Origin: Arenicellales bacterium
GTDB taxonomy: Bacteria; Pseudomonadota; Gammaproteobacteria; Arenicellales; Poriferihabitantaceae
Direction: 5' to 3'
Assembly (NCBI GenBank): GCA_963693025.1
Contig: OY843749.1
Location: forward strand, 2,711,208 to 2,775,207
DNA: 64,000 nucleotides
The position numbers and the translations under genes are program-made. The notes beneath the pieces are model-generated. The model was not told the DNA's origin, made no database searches, and saw nothing but the letters and a program-made list of their open reading frames with translations. Below, one piece after another: positions 9,908 to 19,691 of this stretch (position 1 is the stretch's first letter; each line of letters begins with the position of its first letter).

Positions 9908-11065
9908 CTACCCCTCCCGCCGCCCCACCCCCGGCGCTTCCCGAAACGTCCAATAAGAATTAAGAAAATAATTAAGCAACGCCGCCGGCAGGATGCCGCA
10001 GCCTTGCAACCATACCGGCGCGACTTGTGGGAATAGCACGGACAGAATCACGAAGGTGGCGTAACTTAAAATTAGCGCGACCAGTGAGACGAGGTTGAAC
10101 TTCAAGCCGCGCACGCGTTGGCGACCGGTCATGATGCGGTCGGCGAAAGTCCAGTAGTTGTTGAGCAGGAAGTTGAAGATGATGGACACCTCAATCGCGA
10201 TCGGCGACGCCAGCAGTTTGTGCAGCCCCAAGTCGAGCATGATTTGGAAGAGGCCGAGGTTGACGACCGCGCCGCTGAGACCGGTCAGCGCAAATTTGAT
10301 GAAGGTGCGGTGGCTCATCAGGCGCAGCCACCAGACGTTGTAGAAAAATTCAATCAGGTCTTTGACGCCCAGTTTGGTCTCCCCGCGCTCGCGTTCGCGG
10401 AAGTAAATCGGCTCTTCCACGACGCGCATGTTGGCGTGCAACAGGCGGTGCAACAGCGCGACTTGGAACGCATAACCTTGCACGCGGATGCCCTCAATTT
10501 TCACCGCCCGCAACGCCTCGGCGCGCAACGCCTTGAAGCCCGAAGTGCAGTCGCGCACCGCGGTCAAGCCGGCAATCCAGCGCGCCAGGAGATTGCCCCA
10601 GCGCGACAGCAACCGGCGACTGCGCGACCAGCGCTCGTCGATGGCGCCGTCGGTGACATAGCGGCTACCGATGGCGACTTGCGCGCCGTCTGCGATGTGG
10701 ATGAGCAGTTTGCGCGCGTCCGCCGGGTCGTGCGAGAAGTCGGCGTCCATCTGCACGATGACCTGCGCGCCGAGCGTGTCCAGCGCATGCACGATGCCGC
10801 GCACATAAGCATTCCCCAACCCGCGCCGCCGCCCTTGCAACAGATGCACGCGGTCGTCGTCGCGCGCAAACTCCCGCACTTGTTGCGCGGTGCCGTCCGG
10901 GCTTTCATCATCGACGATGAGGAATCGAGTGTCGTCATCCCGATACAAATCGCACAGGCGCTGCAACAACGGCGTCACATTGGACGCTTCGTTATAAGTG
11001 GGAATGACAAAGCACACACCGGCAGGCAACGCCGACCGATGGCGCGCTCCGGCAGGTCTATTCAT
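9908..11065 (-). CDS. Polyprenol-phosphate-mannose synthase-like GT2 fused to a GtrA flippase-like domain
   Basis: IPTYNE, VDDESPDGT, GLGNAY, QMDADFSHDP, DCTSGFK, GYAFQ (DPM1/Ppm1 motifs); C-terminal 4-TM GtrA (FIKFALTG...NFLLNNYWTF). Confidence 0.85.
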   Translation of the reverse strand: MNRPAGARHRSALPAGVCFVIPTYNEASNVTPLLQRLCDLYRDDDTRFLIVDDESPDGTAQQVREFARDDDRVHLLQGRRRGLGNAYVRGIVHALDTLGAQVIVQMDADFSHDPADARKLLIHIADGAQVAIGSRYVTDGAIDERWSRSRRLLSRWGNLLARWIAGLTAVRDCTSGFKALRAEALRAVKIEGIRVQGYAFQVALLHRLLHANMRVVEEPIYFRERERGETKLGVKDLIEFFYNVWWLRLMSHRTFIKFALTGLSGAVVNLGLFQIMLDLGLHKLLASPIAIEVSIIFNFLLNNYWTFADRIMTGRQRVRGLKFNLVSLVALILSYATFVILSVLFPQVAPVWLQGCGILPAALLNYFLNSYWTFREAPGVGRREG

Positions 11066-11187
11066 TGGTGCTGATTCGGATGATTCGTTGAACCCTAATC
11101 CGGCGCCCACGCCGGCAAAACAACGCCCCGCAAGTGTGTGGGGCGGGGGTGATTAAAGCACGGCTGGCCCGCCTGCTGCAACCACTT

Positions 11188-11615
11188 CGTCATTCCCCCA
11201 ACTTCGTCATTCTCGAGCGTTAGTGTCCGTTTGCCGCCGCGCTTCTTCTTGCGGCGGCTTACGGACACTTACGACCTCGGGAATCTCCCTAAGACTACCG
11301 TGGACTTCACCAAAGCCCCCGCCATCATTCCCGCAGACCCTGCCCCCGCAGCGTGTCAGCGGGGGGCGCGGGAATCCAGTCGTCCATGGATGCAGACTAC
11401 CGTCACCGCCGACACCAAAAAGACACTGTTCCCGCTCAAAAGACTGCGGGAATGGCGGCTTACTCGCCGCCTGCTTCGCCCGCTTTGTTTGGGCTCAGCG
11501 CTAACCTTAGGGAGATTCCCGAGGTCGTAAGTGTCCGGTAAGCCGCCGCTTAAAAGAAAAGGCGCGGCGGCAACGGACACTAACGCTCGAGAATGACGAG
11601 TACTTGGGAATGACG
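11188..11615. repeat. REP-like repeat cluster 4 (inverted pair with internal modules)
   Basis: Core units head-to-head enclosing dRS3-like and GGCGGCTTACTCGCCGCC hairpins. Confidence 0.95.
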
Positions 11616-11697
11616 AGTTGTTGTTTTTTTGCGGTTTTAGCAGTAGCTGATTTGTCACCCTCTTAGTGAACATTTACAATGCGGGCGGTGGTGACCT

Positions 11698-13521
11698 ATG
11701 GCAACAAGAAAATCCAAAAAACACGCTCGGCGCACGCGCACGGTTTCCAAGCCAACATCCGCAGGAAATAAAGCGGCGTCTGCAGACAAGTCGACTCAAC
11801 CACCCAAGTCGTCGCCCACCACCACGCCCACCCCCGCCATCCCCAACACCCTCGCACTGGCAACACTCTGCCTGTTAATCGCCGTCAGTTATTTCCCCGC
11901 CACGCAGGCTGGCTTCGTCTGGGACGATGTTGTGTTGACCGGCGCCAAGCCGCTGCAGAGCGTCGGCGGTTTGTGGGAGATTTGGTTTGCGCCGCGCGCG
12001 CTGACCGATTACGAGGGGCATTATTGGCCCATCCTGTACACCACCTTCTGGCTGGAGCATCGGCTGTGGGGCGTCAATCCGCTCGGGTATCACATCGTCA
12101 GCGTGTTGTTGCACATGGCGGTCACGCTGTTGCTGTGGCATCTGTTACGGCGGTTGGCGGCGCCGGGGGCTTGGGTGGTGGCGGCGGTGTTTGCGGTGCA
12201 TCCGTTGCATGTGGAATCGGTGGTGTGGGTGATTGGGCGCAAGGATTTGCTGGCGACTTTGTTCTATTTGGCGGCGGTGTTGTGCTACATCCGCTTCGTG
12301 CAAGCGCGGCGGTGGCGGAGTTACGCCGGCGCGCTCATCCTGTTCGTGTTGAGCCTGCTGAGCAAAGCCATCGCGGTGACGCTGCCGGTGTCGCTGCTGA
12401 TTTGGCACGGGTGGAAACAGGGTCGCATCACCGGCGCCGACCTCGCGCGCGTGTTGCCGTTCGCGCTGCTGGGGCTCTGCGTAATCGCCGCCGACTTGTC
12501 GTTTTACAAAGGCAGAGACCCGACCACCTTCGACTACTCGCTGCTCGAGCGCGCGCTCATCGCGGCGCAGGCGTTGTGGTTTTACGCCGGCAAACTGCTG
12601 TGGCCCTCGGCGCTGGCGGTCATCTATCCGCGCTGGGAAGTCGGCGCGGGCAACGCGTTGGCGTGGGGATGTCTCGCCGCCGCCGTGGCGGTCGCGGCGT
12701 TGCTGTGGTTTTACCGCCGCCGCATCGGTCGCGGCGCGCTCGCGGGCGCGCTGTTCTTCGCGGTCACGCTGGCGCCGACGCTCGGCTTCGTGGACTACGG
12801 CTACATGCTCTATTCCTTCGTCGCCGACCGCTATCAATACCTCGCCGGCGCCGGAGTCATCGCGGTGGCGGTCGGCGCCGGCGCGTATGGCGTGAAGGCG
12901 TTGCCGGGCGCGCGGGTGGCGGTGGCGGCGGTGGTGGCGGTCGCGCTGGTGGTGCTGGGAGCGCTCACCTGGCGGCAGGCGGGCATCTACCGCGACAGCA
13001 TGACCTTTTATAGCCACATCATCGCCCTCAACCCGCAAGCGCGATTCGCCCACGCCAGCCTCGGCACGGAATACCAAGCGCAGGGACGCTACGAAGAAGC
13101 GCTCGCCGCGTATCAAACCGACTACCGCCTGGCGCTAAAACAACCCGCCCCCCGCATCCGCAAGAGCAAGGCGATGATGGGAATGGGCAAAGCAATGGAA
13201 GCCCTAAAACGCCCCGACGAAGCCGAAGTTCACTACCGCAACGCAGTAAAAAACAGCCCGCGCTTTTCCTCCGCGCTCGACCACCTCGGCGCGTTTTATA
13301 TCAACCAACGGCGTTATGAAGAGTCGCTGGAAATTTTTCAAGCGCTAAACCAACTGGAGCCGGGCAACGCCAAGTTTTATGTCGGCAAGGGTGTTTCGTT
13401 GGCTGGCTTGCAGCGGCTTGATGAAGCGTTGCAGAGTTACGACCGCGCGCTTGCGATTGACCCGGCTATGGGGAATGCGAGGAGTAATCGGGAGAATTTG
13501 TTGAAGAGGATGGGGGAGTAG
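11698..13521 (+). CDS. TMTC-like membrane glycosyltransferase with TPRs, paralog 2
   Basis: GFVWDD, FAVHPLHVESVVW..GRKD, ADRYQY, TPRs; highly similar to 7883-9727. Confidence 0.8.
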   Translation: MATRKSKKHARRTRTVSKPTSAGNKAASADKSTQPPKSSPTTTPTPAIPNTLALATLCLLIAVSYFPATQAGFVWDDVVLTGAKPLQSVGGLWEIWFAPRALTDYEGHYWPILYTTFWLEHRLWGVNPLGYHIVSVLLHMAVTLLLWHLLRRLAAPGAWVVAAVFAVHPLHVESVVWVIGRKDLLATLFYLAAVLCYIRFVQARRWRSYAGALILFVLSLLSKAIAVTLPVSLLIWHGWKQGRITGADLARVLPFALLGLCVIAADLSFYKGRDPTTFDYSLLERALIAAQALWFYAGKLLWPSALAVIYPRWEVGAGNALAWGCLAAAVAVAALLWFYRRRIGRGALAGALFFAVTLAPTLGFVDYGYMLYSFVADRYQYLAGAGVIAVAVGAGAYGVKALPGARVAVAAVVAVALVVLGALTWRQAGIYRDSMTFYSHIIALNPQARFAHASLGTEYQAQGRYEEALAAYQTDYRLALKQPAPRIRKSKAMMGMGKAMEALKRPDEAEVHYRNAVKNSPRFSSALDHLGAFYINQRRYEESLEIFQALNQLEPGNAKFYVGKGVSLAGLQRLDEALQSYDRALAIDPAMGNARSNRENLLKRMGE

Positions 13522-13556
13522 TGGGTGGGGGGGCGCCGCAACAACAACAAAAAGCC

Positions 13557-13860
13557 CGTCATTCTCGATCGTTAGTGTCCGTTGCCGCGCCCCCCGCCGT
13601 CATTCTCGAGCGTTAGTGTCCGTTGCCGCCGCGCTTTTTCTTTTAAGCGGCGGCTTACGGACACTTACGACCTCGGGAATCTCCCTAAGACTGGCACGGG
13701 CTTTGTTGGAATTCACGCTAGCCTTAGGGAGATTCCCGAAGGCGATGAAAAATCCGCCGGGAGCGGATTTTCGCGTAGCCCGAAGGGTTTGTATCAGGGA
13801 TGATACAAACAAAAATATGGTCGCTGACGCTCCCTATTTTTCTATCGTTCGAGAATGACG
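13557..13860. repeat. REP-like repeat cluster 5
   Basis: Full unit with ~62-bp sub-module inserted at ~13749-13810. Confidence 0.95.
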
Positions 13861-13909
13861 AAGTGGGAATTTGCTAAAATCCCCCCACCCCCACCCACCC
13901 CTCCCCCAA

Positions 13910-16000
13910 ATGGTCAAACGAAGAAAACCCAAGCCGCTCAACCCCCCCCGCAAGCCGCAGCAAGCCTCCTCATTGCGGCGGCGGCGGTGGGGGTTGCCGG
14001 AGTTGTATGCGTGGGGCGGGGCGCGGGATTGGTTGATGTTGGGGGCGTTGTTTGTCGGGTTGCTTGCGTTGTATGCGGTGTCCACGCCGCGCACCGTGAT
14101 GCTGGAGGACGACGGCTCGTTTATCTCTTCGGCGTGGTTCGCCGGCGTTGCGCATCCGCCGGGTTATCCGTTGTATATCCTGTTCGGCTGGCTGGTCTCG
14201 CACTTGTTGCCGTTCGGTAGCGTCGCCTGGCGCGTGCACACCCTGAGCGGGTTGATGGGCGCGTTGACTTGCGCTTGCATCGCCTGGATTATCATCCGGC
14301 GCACCGGCAACCGCCCGGTCGCCTATCTCGCCGCCGCCGCGCTCGGCTTCTCCGAGCACTTCTGGTCGCAAGCGATTATCGCCGATGTATACACCACCAA
14401 CACCGCCATCGTCTTCCTGACCTTGGCGTTGCTGCAAGAAGCGGTGGCTAAACGCGACACCCGGCTGTGGGTCGCCGCCGCGCTCGTGTATGGGCTCGGC
14501 TTCGCCAACCACTACCCACTGCTGATTCTGGCAAGCCCGGTGTTCCTCGCCTTCGTCCTCGCCGCCGGCGGCGACTTCCGTAGCCGGCTCGCCTACCTCG
14601 CGCCCATCGCCGTGCTGGCGGCGGCGGCGATTTACGGCTGGATGGTGTGGCGCTCGCATCAGCCGGGACCCATCAACTTCTATGGTCCCCTCGAATCCTG
14701 GTCGCGCTTTATGTCATTCGTCGACCGCAGCATCTATGTGGATGTGGACACCAACATCAACGCCGGCTTCACCGACAAACTGCTGTATGCGAAATACTTC
14801 GTGACCGAGGCGTTGCTGCAATTCAGCGTGGTCGGCGGCGTGGTCGCGCTGTGGGGAATGCGTGCGATTTATCGCAGCGGCTGGCGGCTCGGTTTCCTGT
14901 GCGAAGCGCTGGCGCTCATCGGCAGCAGTTTCGCGCTGATTGCCTTGCTCGGCTTCAACTACGAACACGGAAAAATCGCCATCTTCCGCCCCTACCCGCT
15001 GGTCGCCTACGCCATCTTCGCGCTGTGGCTGGGCTATGGATTGCACGCGCTGACGCAACACGTACGCCGCCACCGCGAAAGCCTGTTGCCGGCGTTGTAT
15101 GCGCTCGGCGGAGTCATCGTCGTCGGCTTGGGAGTGTGGAACGCCGGCGCCAATTACCGCCCGCACGACCGCTTCGCCGAAGAGCAGGCGCAGGCGATGC
15201 TCGGCCTCGTCGAGGAGAACGCCAATCTGGTCGTCAAGGGCGACGGCTTCGTGATGCCAATCGGCTATCTTCACTGGGTCGAGGGACAGCGCCGCGACAT
15301 TCGGCTGCTGGAAGCGCACGGCCTCCTCTTCAACGACCGCATCGCCCCGCCGTATGTCATCGGCAAATATATCGACAAGGGGCACGCCGGCTGGGCGCAA
15401 TTCATCCGCGAGGCGAAGCGCCCGGTCTACTTCCTCGCCAGTGGCCGCCCGCTGGTGCCGGGACTGGGCTACCGGGTGCTCGGATTCATCGACAAGTTTG
15501 ACGACACCGTGCCGCCCAACGAAGCCCGCGCCGAGCCCAACGACCACGCCAAGGCGTATGTCAAGCGGCTGTTTGCGATGCCGCCGCCGCGCAACATTCA
15601 GGTCGCGCGCCAACGCAACACGCTGCTGCGCGAATACGGCAAATACTTGGGCTACGTGCTGGTCATCGACCACCCGCAAGCCAATCTGTATATCGAAGAT
15701 ATTCTGCCGCTGGCGGAGAACAATTACTGGTCGCTGGTCAGCATGGCGAACATCTTGCTGCACCAGCAAGGCGAAAAATACCTGCGCGCCGCCGAGCCGT
15801 ATGTGCAAAAAGCAAAACAACTAGCCGAGCCCAACCGAAGCAAAGCACAACGCGCGCATCTGATTTTTATGGAAGGGCAAGTCGAGCAACGCAAAGGCAA
15901 CGCCGACCGGGCGAGGGCGCTGTTTGAGGCATCGGTGAAAATCGACAAGCGAGAGGATAGCAAAGCGCGTGAGGCGCTTGATGCGCTTGGTGGTGAGTAG
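13910..16000 (+). CDS. DUF2723 / TMEM260-like membrane glycosyltransferase
   Basis: EDDGSF...GVAHPPGYPLY, FWSQAIIADVY, GLGFANH motifs of DUF2723; multi-TM, C-terminal TPR-like helix; ATG at 13910 preferred. Confidence 0.8.
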   Translation: MVKRRKPKPLNPPRKPQQASSLRRRRWGLPELYAWGGARDWLMLGALFVGLLALYAVSTPRTVMLEDDGSFISSAWFAGVAHPPGYPLYILFGWLVSHLLPFGSVAWRVHTLSGLMGALTCACIAWIIIRRTGNRPVAYLAAAALGFSEHFWSQAIIADVYTTNTAIVFLTLALLQEAVAKRDTRLWVAAALVYGLGFANHYPLLILASPVFLAFVLAAGGDFRSRLAYLAPIAVLAAAAIYGWMVWRSHQPGPINFYGPLESWSRFMSFVDRSIYVDVDTNINAGFTDKLLYAKYFVTEALLQFSVVGGVVALWGMRAIYRSGWRLGFLCEALALIGSSFALIALLGFNYEHGKIAIFRPYPLVAYAIFALWLGYGLHALTQHVRRHRESLLPALYALGGVIVVGLGVWNAGANYRPHDRFAEEQAQAMLGLVEENANLVVKGDGFVMPIGYLHWVEGQRRDIRLLEAHGLLFNDRIAPPYVIGKYIDKGHAGWAQFIREAKRPVYFLASGRPLVPGLGYRVLGFIDKFDDTVPPNEARAEPNDHAKAYVKRLFAMPPPRNIQVARQRNTLLREYGKYLGYVLVIDHPQANLYIEDILPLAENNYWSLVSMANILLHQQGEKYLRAAEPYVQKAKQLAEPNRSKAQRAHLIFMEGQVEQRKGNADRARALFEASVKIDKREDSKAREALDALGGE

Positions 16001-16012
16001 TGGTTAAAACCT

Positions 16013-16467
16013 CGTCATTCTTGAGCGTTAGTGTCCGGAGCCGCGCCCCCCGCCGTCATTCTCGAGCGTTAGTGTCCGTTTGCCGCCGCGCTTTTTCTTT
16101 TAAGCGGCGGCTTACGGACACTTGCGTCCTCGGGAATCTCCCTAAGATTGGCACGGGCTTTGTTGGAATTCACGGTAGCCTTAGGGAGATTCCCGAATCG
16201 AAGAAAATATGGTCGCCTAGCGGCTCCCTATTTTCTACCGTTCGAGAATGACGGGCAGTTGGTATTTTTCTACGGTTCGAGAATGACAACTACAACTCGT
16301 CATTCTCGAGCGTTAGTGTCCGTTTGTCGCCGCGCTTTTTCTTTTTAAGCGGCGGCTTACGGACACTTGCGTCCTCGGGAATCTCCCTAAGGTTGGCACG
16401 GGCTTCGATAAAGTCCACGCTAGCCTTAGGGAGATTCCCGAAGGTGATGAAAAATATAGTCGCTATC
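16013..16467. repeat. REP-like repeat cluster 6, left part (interrupted by IS)
   Basis: Two tandem units; the second is cut at TATC. Confidence 0.95.
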
Positions 16468-18088
16468 CAGCCCGTGTAAAAACTCGTCCCATTCGGGTAA
16501 AATTCTTTGACTTTGATTTTCATATGGGGGGATTCGGGGATGGGTCATGTTGAAGGGGTATCGCGTCATCAGTCGGCGTTGTTTGCGGTGACGCTGGATG
16601 AGCGTGTGGCGGCGGATAATGCGGTGCGAGTGATTGACCGTTTTGTGGATAAGTTGGATTTGTTAGAGTTGGGTTTTGGCAAGGTGGTGGCGGCGGCGAC
16701 CGGTCGTCCGCCGTATCATCCGGGGATGATGTTGAAGTTGTTTGTGTATGGTTATTTGAATCAGATTCGGTCGAGTCGGCGTTTGGAGAGGGAGTGTGGT
16801 CGCAATCAGGAGTTGCAGTGGTTGTTGCGAGATTTGCGTCCGGACTTCAAGACGATTGCGAACTTTCGTCGGGACAATGCGGCGGCGTGGTCGGGGGTGT
16901 GCGCGCGGTTTGTGGATTTTTGTCGTCGGGCGGGGTTGTATGGCGGCGAGTTGGTGGCGGTGGATGGTTCCAAGTTTGGCGCGGTGTCGGGCAAGAAGTC
17001 GGTTTATACGGCGGCGCGGATACGGCGAGAGATGGCGCAAGTGGAGCGCGAAGTGGCGGCGTATAGAGAGTTGCTGGAAGCGTCGGATGCGTCGGATGCG
17101 CCGGTGGATGAAGTGGCGGAAGTGTCGGCGGTGCGCGCGGCGTTGGCGGCGTTGGATGCGCATAAGGGCAAGTTGGATGGGTTGTCGGCGGAGTTGCGCG
17201 GTCGCGGTGGTGCTCAGGTGGTGAAGGGCGAGGGAGATGCGCGGCTGATGCGTCAAGCGGGCGGCGGTCGAGCGGTGAGTTACAATGTGCAGACGGCGGT
17301 GGATGGCAAGCACAAGTTGATTGCGGCGCATGAAGTGACCACTGAGAGCAACGACCGTCGGCAGTTGTATGGCATGGCGAAGCGAGCGAAGGCGGCTTTG
17401 GGGGTGAAGGGATTGACGGTGTTGGCGGATGCGGGATATCAGAATGGCGCGCAGGGTGCGGCGTGTGAGGCGGCGGGGATAACGGCGGTGGTGCCGCGCG
17501 CGAAGTTGTCGCATCCGCGCGGTGATTATTTCAGCCGCGCGCGGTTTAGATATGATGGTCGGCGCGATGTTTATACTTGTCCGGCTGGCGAGGTGTTGCG
17601 GCGTTATCGCAACGAGGCGAAGAAGCAGACGCGGCATTACACGACTGATGCTTGCGGTGGTTGCGGTATGCGAAGTCAGTGCACTGGCAGTCGGCGGCGC
17701 AGCATCAGTCGTCCTTATCATGAGTCGGTGGTGGAGCGCATGCACCGGCGGTCGGTGGCGCATCCGGAGTTGATGCGTTTGCGGGCGAGTTTGAGCGAGC
17801 ATCCGTTCGGCAACATCAAACAGATGATGGGTGGCGGTCGGTTTCTGCTGCGTGGTTTGGATAAAGTCAAGGCGGAAGCGGGTATGTGTATGCTGGCGTA
17901 TAACCTGAAACGGGTCATCAACCTCATGGGCGTTGAGACGCTGTGCGCGAGATTGGCGGAGCCCTCCCCGGCGCCGGCTTGAGCGGCGTTTTTTAAGCAA
18001 GAACATCCCCGCCCGGCGCGAGCATCGCTAAAACAACAAACCGCGCCAGACGATTGGCTTGCGGCGGCTTGAGTTTTTGCACGGGCTG
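16468..18088 (+). mobile_element. IS1182-family insertion sequence (1621 bp)
   Basis: TIRs CAGCCCGTGTAAAAACTC / GAGTTTTTGCACGGGCTG (17/18 match); 4-bp TSD TATC at 16464-16467 and 18089-18092; uninterrupted site visible at ~18318-18345. Confidence 0.93.
16540..17982 (+). CDS. IS1182-family DDE transposase
   Basis: GRPPYHP.MMLKL..YGY....SSRRLE, PDFKTIANFR, VDGSK, YNVQ.AVD, LADAGY, CPAGE, EHPFG.IK, AYNLKR. Confidence 0.93.
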   Translation: MGHVEGVSRHQSALFAVTLDERVAADNAVRVIDRFVDKLDLLELGFGKVVAAATGRPPYHPGMMLKLFVYGYLNQIRSSRRLERECGRNQELQWLLRDLRPDFKTIANFRRDNAAAWSGVCARFVDFCRRAGLYGGELVAVDGSKFGAVSGKKSVYTAARIRREMAQVEREVAAYRELLEASDASDAPVDEVAEVSAVRAALAALDAHKGKLDGLSAELRGRGGAQVVKGEGDARLMRQAGGGRAVSYNVQTAVDGKHKLIAAHEVTTESNDRRQLYGMAKRAKAALGVKGLTVLADAGYQNGAQGAACEAAGITAVVPRAKLSHPRGDYFSRARFRYDGRRDVYTCPAGEVLRRYRNEAKKQTRHYTTDACGGCGMRSQCTGSRRRSISRPYHESVVERMHRRSVAHPELMRLRASLSEHPFGNIKQMMGGGRFLLRGLDKVKAEAGMCMLAYNLKRVINLMGVETLCARLAEPSPAPA

Positions 18089-18370
18089 TATCGCTCCTTA
18101 TTTTTCTATCATTCGAGAATGACGAAGTGGGGGGTATTTTTCTATCGTTCGGGAATGACGGCCACACCTCGTCATTCTCGAGCGTTAGTGTCCGTTTGTC
18201 GCCGCGCTTTTTCTTTTAAGCGGCGGCTTACGGACACTTGCGTCCTCGGGAATCTCCCTAAGATTGGCACGGGCTTTGTTGGAATTCACGGTAGACTTAG
18301 GGAGATTCCCGAAGGTGATGAAAAATATAGTCGCTATCGCTCCTTATTTTTCTATCATTCGAGAATGACG
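18089..18370. repeat. REP-like repeat cluster 6, right part
   Basis: Remainder of the interrupted unit plus one full unit. Confidence 0.95.
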
Positions 18371-18400
18371 AGTAGTTGCAGCCATCATTCTCATTAACGC

Positions 18401-19687
18401 CTACCCCTGAGACGCCACCAACGCCTGACCAAGATCCCACAAAATATCATCCAACGTCTCAATACCAACCGACAAACGAATCATATCCGGCATCACCCCG
18501 GCTTTTTGTAACTCTTCTTCGTTGAGTTGGCGGTGGGTGGTGGATGCAGGGTGGATAATCAGCGTTTTGGCGTCGCCGATGTTGGCTAGGTGGCTCAGGA
18601 AGTTTACGCTTTCGATGAAGCGCGCGCCCGCTTGCCAGCCGCCCTTGATGCCGAAGGTGAGGATGGAGCCGGCGCCGTCCGGCAGGTATTTTCGCCCTAG
18701 GTCGTAGTAGGCGTTGTCCGGGTCGCCGGCGTATTTGACCCAGTTGACCGCCGCGTGACCTTTCAGGAATTCGCTCACCGCCACCGCGTTTTCGACGTGG
18801 CGCTGCATGCGAATCGGCAGCGTCTCCAGCCCCTGCAACAACATAAACGCATTGAACGGGCTGAGCGTCGGACCCAGCGTGCGCAGCGTCTCGCAGCGCG
18901 CCTTCATCGTGAACGCGAAGTCGCCGAAGGTCTCGTAGAAACGCACGCCGTGATAGCCTTCCGAAGGCTCGGTCATGCCCGGATGCAGGCCGTTGTCCCA
19001 CGGAAATTTGCCCGACTCAATCACCACGCCGCCCATTGAAGTGCCGTGTCCGCAGATGAACTTGGTGGCGGAATGAACCACGATGTCGGCGCCGAATTCC
19101 ATTGGCTTGCACAAATACGGCGAGGCGAAGGTGTTGTCGATGACCAGCGGCACGCCGGCGTCAGCGGCGATGCGGGCGACGGCTTCGATGTCGAGCACGT
19201 TGTTGTTGGGATTGCCCACGGTCTCGGCGTATAACACGCGGGTTTTGTCGGTGATGGCGCGCGCGAAATTGTCCGGGTCGTCCGGGTCCACCAGCACCGC
19301 CTTGATGCCCATGCGCCGGAAGGTCACGCCGAACTGCGTCACGGTGCCGCCGTATAAAGTGTTGGCGGAGACGAGTTCGTCGCCCGCCTGCAGGAGGGTC
19401 AGCAACGCGGTCATCTGCGCCGCCATGCCGGTGCTGGTCGCCACCGCCGCGCGCCCGCCCTCCAACGCCGCCATGCGCTCCTCGAACATCGCGGTGGTCG
19501 GGTTCATCAGGCGCGTGTAAATGTTGCCGAAGGTTTGCAGGTTGAACAGGCTGGCGGCGTGCTCGGTGTCGTCGAACACATAGGCGGCGGTTTGGTAGAT
19601 GGGCGTTGCGCGCGAGCCGGTCGCCGGGTCGGGCTGCTGTCCCGCGTGCAGGCACAGCGTTTCAAAACCGTATTCGCGGTCGCTCAT
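18401..19687 (-). CDS. metY: O-acetylhomoserine aminocarboxypropyltransferase
   Basis: GNIYTRLMNPT, VIDNTFASP, HSATKFICGHG (PLP lysine), HLANIGDAKTLIIHPASTTH. Confidence 0.9.
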   Translation of the reverse strand: MSDREYGFETLCLHAGQQPDPATGSRATPIYQTAAYVFDDTEHAASLFNLQTFGNIYTRLMNPTTAMFEERMAALEGGRAAVATSTGMAAQMTALLTLLQAGDELVSANTLYGGTVTQFGVTFRRMGIKAVLVDPDDPDNFARAITDKTRVLYAETVGNPNNNVLDIEAVARIAADAGVPLVIDNTFASPYLCKPMEFGADIVVHSATKFICGHGTSMGGVVIESGKFPWDNGLHPGMTEPSEGYHGVRFYETFGDFAFTMKARCETLRTLGPTLSPFNAFMLLQGLETLPIRMQRHVENAVAVSEFLKGHAAVNWVKYAGDPDNAYYDLGRKYLPDGAGSILTFGIKGGWQAGARFIESVNFLSHLANIGDAKTLIIHPASTTHRQLNEEELQKAGVMPDMIRLSVGIETLDDILWDLGQALVASQG

Positions 19688-19691
19688 GGCG

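Noticed and set aside
9753-16467. Integron cassette array with attC sites
   Set aside because: No integrase, mixed gene orientations, no clear RYYYAAC/GTTRRRY attC boundaries, and the repeats also flank core genes.
16663-18006. 447-aa antisense ORF inside the IS
   Set aside because: His/Arg/Pro/Thr-rich mirror of the G/T-biased transposase codons; no domain motifs.
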